From Tepidisphaeraceae bacterium (GTDB lineage Bacteria; Planctomycetota; Phycisphaerae; Tepidisphaerales; Tepidisphaeraceae): a stretch of 59,718 bases of DNA. The notes below the pieces were generated by a model. The model was not told the DNA's origin and did not search any database. It saw nothing but the letters and a program-made list of their open reading frames with translations. The stretch spans positions 1 through 59,718 of the forward strand of contig DASRLH010000059.1 in assembly GCA_035648595.1 (NCBI GenBank), in the 5' to 3' direction. Of this stretch, positions 55,480 to 59,718 are shown one piece after another. Positions within the stretch are counted from its first letter, which is position 1. Each line of letters begins with the position of its first letter. A program made the position numbers and the translations under genes.

Positions 55480-55670
55480 ATTTCCGGGGAGGCGCAACCC
55501 ACCATCCGTCGATGCCCCTCCCGGAAAATTGGGCACGCCCCGCGACAGGAACGGGAGAACCTTGACGTATCACGGGCGTCTCGCCCGTGCCTATGGCGTA
55601 AGAGTCGGCAAGTCGCGATTCTCGCAAGCGTTTACGCAACCGGCACGGGCGAGACGCCCCGTGATACGAC
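55480..55670. repeat. REP cluster: cccctcccggaaaattgggcacgcccc unit plus a REP-A inverted pair (55567-55591 / 55642-55670)
   Basis: gtatcacgggcgtctcgcccgtgcc, then about 50 nt, then ggcacgggcgagacgccccgtgatacgac. This is the same architecture as 3811-3911. Confidence 0.8.
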
Positions 55671-55796
55671 AACCGTCCTACAGCCTCGCTGTTCCCGCGC
55701 CTCGGAGCCGCCCGCGCACACTACTGATGAATTGAGTTGCGCGCGACTGCCAGCACAACATTGGACCCTCCGAAACGTATAGGTAATAATTGCGAT

Positions 55797-55836
55797 GATA
55801 CTCAGTCTCAACGATGTTGACACTGAGTCTCAACAA
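55797..55836. promoter_or_regulatory. Candidate operator upstream of feoA (direct 13-mers plus a central palindrome in an AT-rich patch)
   Basis: actcagtctcaac (55800-55812) and actgagtctcaac (55822-55834) are offset by 22 nt. The palindrome tcaacgatgttga lies between them. It is preceded by a Fur-box-like aataattgcgatgata. Confidence 0.3.
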
Positions 55837-55883
55837 GCTATACTCATTGATGTCGAGCAAGAGAATTCGTGGAGAGCCTTCTT

Positions 55884-56174
55884 ATGCACAAGGCGTGTGA
55901 TTTGGCGGGATGCGACCATTGCGGTTCGCCGCAGACCTGTTCGCTCAATAAATTGGGCATCGGCTGCTGCGGGCACGTAACCGCCGTGGGTGGCGATGCC
56001 GAGCTGCGCCGTCGCCTTCTGGAGATGGGTTTCTGCAACGGCGCCAAGGTTGAAGTCATTCGCCGCGCGCCCTTGGGCGACCCCATCGAGTTTCGCCTGC
56101 GAGGCTACCACCTGTCTCTTCGAGATGAGCAAGCCAGACATGTGCGGATCTTGGAAGAAGTGCTGAGTGGCTGA
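55884..56174 (+). CDS. feoA: Ferrous iron transport protein A
   Basis: FeoA/SH3-like domain (LNKLGIGCCGHVTAVGGDAELRRRLLEMGFCNGAKVEVIRRAPLGDPIEFRLRGYHLSLR). The start is ATG 55884 or GTG 55869. Confidence 0.75.
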   Translation: MHKACDLAGCDHCGSPQTCSLNKLGIGCCGHVTAVGGDAELRRRLLEMGFCNGAKVEVIRRAPLGDPIEFRLRGYHLSLRDEQARHVRILEEVLSG

Positions 56175-56198
56175 GATTTGAGTGGTGAGCGAGGAGGG

Positions 56199-56311
56199 TG
56201 ATGAGTGATGAGTGAACCGTGACAAGTCGGGAGGATGATGAGTGAGGAGTGAACCGTGACAAGTCAGAAGCCGCCGGTCACGGTTCACTCATCACTCGTC
56301 ATTCTTCTCCT
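56199..56311. repeat. Direct plus inverted repeats (gatgagtgaaccgtgacaagtc x2, then the inverse) between feoA and feoB
   Basis: gatgagtgatgagtgaaccgtgacaagtc and gatgagtgaggagtgaaccgtgacaagtc are followed by the inverse ggtcacggttcactcatcactcgtcatt. Confidence 0.8.
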
Positions 56312-56326
56312 TTCAGCACTACTTCC

Positions 56327-58936
56327 ATGGCCTCCTGCTGCGACACCCTCGACCCCGCCTCCCCGGCCCCGCCCGGCACGCTGACCATCGCCCTGGCCGG
56401 CAATCCCAACAGCGGCAAGACCACGCTCTTTAACGCCCTCACCGGCCTTCGCCAGAAGGTCGCCAATTATCCGGGCGTCACCGTTGAAAAAAAAACAGGC
56501 CGCTGCAAACTCCCCGATGGGCGGTGGGCCGACATTATCGATCTGCCCGGCACCTACAGCCTGATCTCCCGCTCGCCCGATGAGCGCGTGGCGATGGAGG
56601 TTTTGCGCGGGTTGCGGAAGGACTGCAAAACGCCGGATGCCGTGGTCGTCGTGGTGGATGCCAGCAATCTGCAGCGCAATTTGTACCTCGTCAGCCAGTT
56701 GATTGAGCTGGGCCGGCCGCTTGTGATCGCGCTGAACATGATGGACATCGCCCAGCGCCGCGGCCTGAATGTTTCGCCGGCTAATTTGCAGGCGGCGCTG
56801 GGTGTGCCGGTGATTCCGGTGGTTGGCTATAAGCGCAGGGGGATTGACGATCTGAAGGCCGCCATTCTCAAGGCGACGGTTGCGCCGCTGCCGGATTGGA
56901 TGTTGCCGGATGCGATGAAGGAAGAGCTGATGGTCGTCGGCGGGGGGCTGGCAATTCTGGATGCGCAGGAACCAGTTGGGCTGATGAAAATGCCGCCGCC
57001 GTCGGAGTACCGGGAGAGGGAGAATCGTCTTGCCGGCACTAATGAAATTGGACGACCGCCAGACGGCATTTCCATAAGCCCAGCCGCCGCGCCCGAATCA
57101 CTCGATACCCTCGGTCCCGTTCCCCCCCGCGCCTGGATTTGCCGGGGGGATACGGATCGACGGATCGACCGCTATACGGCCCTCGCCGAGCGGCTTTTGA
57201 TCGGCGATCGCGCGCCCGATGTGCAGCCGATCGCGGAGCGCGAGCCGGTCGCATCTCTGCTGGCCGCGTCGGTGGGGCGGCTGCACGCGCTGGGCATCGA
57301 CCCGATGCAGGCGGATGTCGAGGCGCATTACCACTGGATCGAACAGGTGGCTCACAACGCCATCGGTGATGGCGCGCTCGTGGCCTCGCCCGGCACATCG
57401 CCAATCGGCAGTGAATCGAGTGCTGTTCTCCCCGCCAACAAGACCATCAGCTACGCCACGCCGCGCCGGATTCTGACGCTCACCGACCGCGTCGATGCGA
57501 TCCTTGTGCACAAGTTTTGGGGATTGCTGATCTTTGCCGGGATCATGGGCCTACTGTTTTTGTCGCTGTTCTGGCTCGCCCAGCCGATCATGGACGCCAT
57601 ACAGGCCGGCATCAAGGGGTTGGCCGGTCTCACGACCGGGCGCATGACCGCCGGCCCGCTGAAAGACCTGCTCGTGGACGGCATCTTCAACGGCGTCGGC
57701 GTGGTCGTCGTCTTTGTCCCCCAGATCGCATTGCTGTTCATGTTCCTGGCGATCCTCGAAGACAGCGGCTACCTCGCCCGCGCCGCGTTTCTCATGGACC
57801 GACTGCTCAGCAAGGTCGGCCTGCATGGCAAAAGCTTCATCCCGCTGCTGAGCTCCTTCGCCTGCGCCATCCCCGGCATCATGGCCACGCGCACCATCGA
57901 AAACCGCCGCGAGCGATTGGCCACCATCCTCGTCGCCCCGTTCATGAGTTGCAGCGCTCGCCTGCCGGTCTACACGCTGCTGATCGCGGCGTTCTTCAGC
58001 GCGGAAACCTTGGGCATTTCGACCGCCAAAGCCGCCTTCCTGAAAGCCGGCATCATGCTCGGCTGCTACGCGCTGGGCATTATCGCCGCCGCCGGCACCG
58101 CCTGGGTTTTCAAGCGCACCCTCACCAAAGGCCCCGCCACCAGTTTCATCCTCGAACTGCCGACCTACAAAATCCCCCAGGTCTCGCAGGTCGCCCGGCA
58201 GATATTCACCAACACCAAGGCGTTCCTCGTCAAAGCCGGAACCACCATCTTCTGCCTGAGCATCATCCTTTGGGCGATGGCGTATTATCCGAGATTGCCG
58301 GCGCAACGAGCGGCTGAAATCAGCAAACCATACGACGAGCAAATGGCAATACTCATGGGATCCAATTCAGACGCGACCGTGCCGGTCGCCGTGCCTCCCT
58401 CCGCGAGCGCGCCTGGCAGGTCGGTCGTTGTATGCACCATCACCATGAGTGACGTCACTAAGAAAGTAACCAACAAGAAGGAACAAGCCATCGCCGCCGC
58501 CCAATCCGAATACTCTATCTCCGGCCGCTTCGGCCATTTCATCGAGCCGGCGATCCGGCCTCTGGGTTTTGACTGGAAGATGGGCGTGGGGCTGGTCAGC
58601 GCGTTTGCCGCCCGCGAGGTGTTCATCAGCTCGATGGGGATTGTCTATAGCGTCGGCAAGGTTGAGGACGATCAGACCGCCGACCTCGCCGGCGCCATGC
58701 GGCATGACACTTACGCCGCTGGCCCCAAGGCCGGCACGCGCGTCTGGACGCCGCTGGTGGCAATCAGTTTGCTGGTCTGGTTTGTATTGGCGATGCAGTG
58801 CATGAGCACCTTCGCCATCGTCCGCCGGGAGACCGGCGGCTGGCGATGGCCGATCTTCATGCTCCTCTACATGAACGCCCTGGCCTACATCGTCAGCCTG
58901 TTGGTATTCCAGGTGGGATCGAAACTGTTCGCGTAA
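56327..58936 (+). CDS. feoB: Ferrous iron transporter FeoB
   Basis: ATG 56327. The G-domain motifs are GNPNSGKTTLFN, DLPG and NMMD. A large polytopic permease domain follows. An in-frame repeat-like insertion lies at about 56960-57180. Confidence 0.9.
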   Translation: MASCCDTLDPASPAPPGTLTIALAGNPNSGKTTLFNALTGLRQKVANYPGVTVEKKTGRCKLPDGRWADIIDLPGTYSLISRSPDERVAMEVLRGLRKDCKTPDAVVVVVDASNLQRNLYLVSQLIELGRPLVIALNMMDIAQRRGLNVSPANLQAALGVPVIPVVGYKRRGIDDLKAAILKATVAPLPDWMLPDAMKEELMVVGGGLAILDAQEPVGLMKMPPPSEYRERENRLAGTNEIGRPPDGISISPAAAPESLDTLGPVPPRAWICRGDTDRRIDRYTALAERLLIGDRAPDVQPIAEREPVASLLAASVGRLHALGIDPMQADVEAHYHWIEQVAHNAIGDGALVASPGTSPIGSESSAVLPANKTISYATPRRILTLTDRVDAILVHKFWGLLIFAGIMGLLFLSLFWLAQPIMDAIQAGIKGLAGLTTGRMTAGPLKDLLVDGIFNGVGVVVVFVPQIALLFMFLAILEDSGYLARAAFLMDRLLSKVGLHGKSFIPLLSSFACAIPGIMATRTIENRRERLATILVAPFMSCSARLPVYTLLIAAFFSAETLGISTAKAAFLKAGIMLGCYALGIIAAAGTAWVFKRTLTKGPATSFILELPTYKIPQVSQVARQIFTNTKAFLVKAGTTIFCLSIILWAMAYYPRLPAQRAAEISKPYDEQMAILMGSNSDATVPVAVPPSASAPGRSVVVCTITMSDVTKKVTNKKEQAIAAAQSEYSISGRFGHFIEPAIRPLGFDWKMGVGLVSAFAAREVFISSMGIVYSVGKVEDDQTADLAGAMRHDTYAAGPKAGTRVWTPLVAISLLVWFVLAMQCMSTFAIVRRETGGWRWPIFMLLYMNALAYIVSLLVFQVGSKLFA

Positions 58937-58947
58937 TCGAAGAAGAG

Positions 58948-59131
58948 GATTCACCACAAAGGCACAAAGGCACAAAGACACCAAGAGAGGAACGAAACTT
59001 GTGGTGCGGCTTTCTGTGGATTTTGTTTCCCGAAACGCTTATGAGAAGGCAGTCCCTAATACTAATAAAGAATTCAGATACTGCTTTTTGCATTTGATTT
59101 CCTTCGTGTCTTCGTGCCTTTGTGGTTGATC
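58948..59131. repeat. Inverted low-complexity repeat pair (caccacaaaggcac variant)
   Basis: Arm 58948-58985 is gattcaccacaaaggcacaaaggcacaaagacaccaag. Arm 59102-59131 is cttcgtgtcttcgtgcctttgtggttgatc. Confidence 0.85.
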
Positions 59132-59147
59132 TTCTTTTCCGACAGCC

Positions 59148-59396
59148 GTGGCTATTTGGCTTCAAAACCTCCTGGTTCTCCTCGCGGTGATCGCCTGCGT
59201 GGCGTTTACCGCGCGCAGCGCCATCCTCGCCCTGCACGGCAGCAAGAGCCGGCTGGGCGGGTGCGGCACATGCTCCGGATGCGCCACGACGCCTGCCGCG
59301 AACGGCGCCTCCGACTCCAAACCCAAAAACGAAAGAATCGCGATTATCCCCGCCGACATGCTGATCAAACGGCGCGTGCCGGGTAAAACGAAGTGA
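59148..59396 (+). CDS. FeoB-associated Cys-rich membrane protein
   Basis: GTG start. One N-terminal TM helix (LQNLLVLLAVIACVAFTA) is followed by GGCGTCSGC. It sits directly after feoB. Confidence 0.55.
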   Translation: MAIWLQNLLVLLAVIACVAFTARSAILALHGSKSRLGGCGTCSGCATTPAANGASDSKPKNERIAIIPADMLIKRRVPGKTK

Positions 59397-59399
59397 ACA

Positions 59400-59560
59400 G
59401 CATTGCGCCAAGGGCGCCAAGAGGCCAAGATCGCCAAGAAGCTAAGACGGTTTCGTGCGGGCTCACAACTCGAATAAAGAGGAAAACCACGAATGAGCAT
59501 GAATGTACACGGGGATGCAACAGGGGTCAGAAGCCAATTTCGCCGAATTGGCTTCTGACC
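59400..59560. repeat. Mixed repeat units: a gccaaga-family arm, a cacgaatg-family unit, and the palindrome gtcagaagccaatt...aattggcttctgac
   Basis: gcgccaagggcgccaagaggccaagatcgccaagaag lies at 59400-59436, aaaccacgaatgagcatgaatg at about 59483-59505, and the palindrome at about 59524-59560. Confidence 0.75.
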
Positions 59561-59718
59561 TCTGACCCCTTTCACCGCCCGACCCCTGGTATATAGGTTT
59601 CGAATAAAAAAAACAGAATTTTGAACCTTCCAGACTGCCTCCTGAGAGAATCGGATGCTGTTCCCGGTCTTTCTTATGGAGGTAGCCCTATGGCTGCAAC
59701 GATCGCACGCAAGCGTGG

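Overview
High-GC bacterial chromosome segment; the gene content suggests the PVC group, most likely Planctomycetota (PEP-CTERM proteins, HEAT lipoprotein, PulG-like pseudopilin). This taxonomic call is inference only. The core genes are nuoL(partial)-nuoM-nuoN, a GNAT gene, a HEAT-repeat lipoprotein, a cytochrome P460-like protein, an SDR/pteridine-reductase-like gene, a DUF502 protein, the regulatory PTS cluster hpf-ptsN-HPr-ptsI, and rne. Further along are an esterase, a class-I-like xylose isomerase, a metallophosphoesterase, a PEP-CTERM lectin-like protein, a pseudopilin, an LpxL-like acyltransferase, pheS, a sodium:solute symporter and feoA-feoB plus a Cys-rich membrane protein. Two accessory regions flank a tRNA-Ala(UGC) at 34294-34366. 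(1) A ~14.2-kb integrative element (20095-34336) is bounded by a perfect 43-bp direct repeat of the tRNA 3' part. It carries a tyrosine integrase, an Xis-like HTH, a DnaB-N/RepA-like helicase, an AAA-less FtsH-type HExxH protease, a tape-measure-like 810-aa protein and several unknowns, but no recognisable capsid, portal or terminase. (2) A visibly lower-GC islet (~34.4-39.3 kb) holds a transposase remnant and a tightly coupled three-gene operon (35764-37795/37867) of unknown function ending in a PD-(D/E)xK-like protein. I rate this operon the best candidate for an undescribed (defence/addiction-type) system. The whole window is also rich in several families of short palindromic or low-complexity intergenic repeats, often as inverted pairs whose arms co-vary. 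Repeat-like sequence also sits in frame inside pheS and feoB. No rRNA or CRISPR array was seen. All calls come from reading the translations and DNA by eye; no database search was possible.
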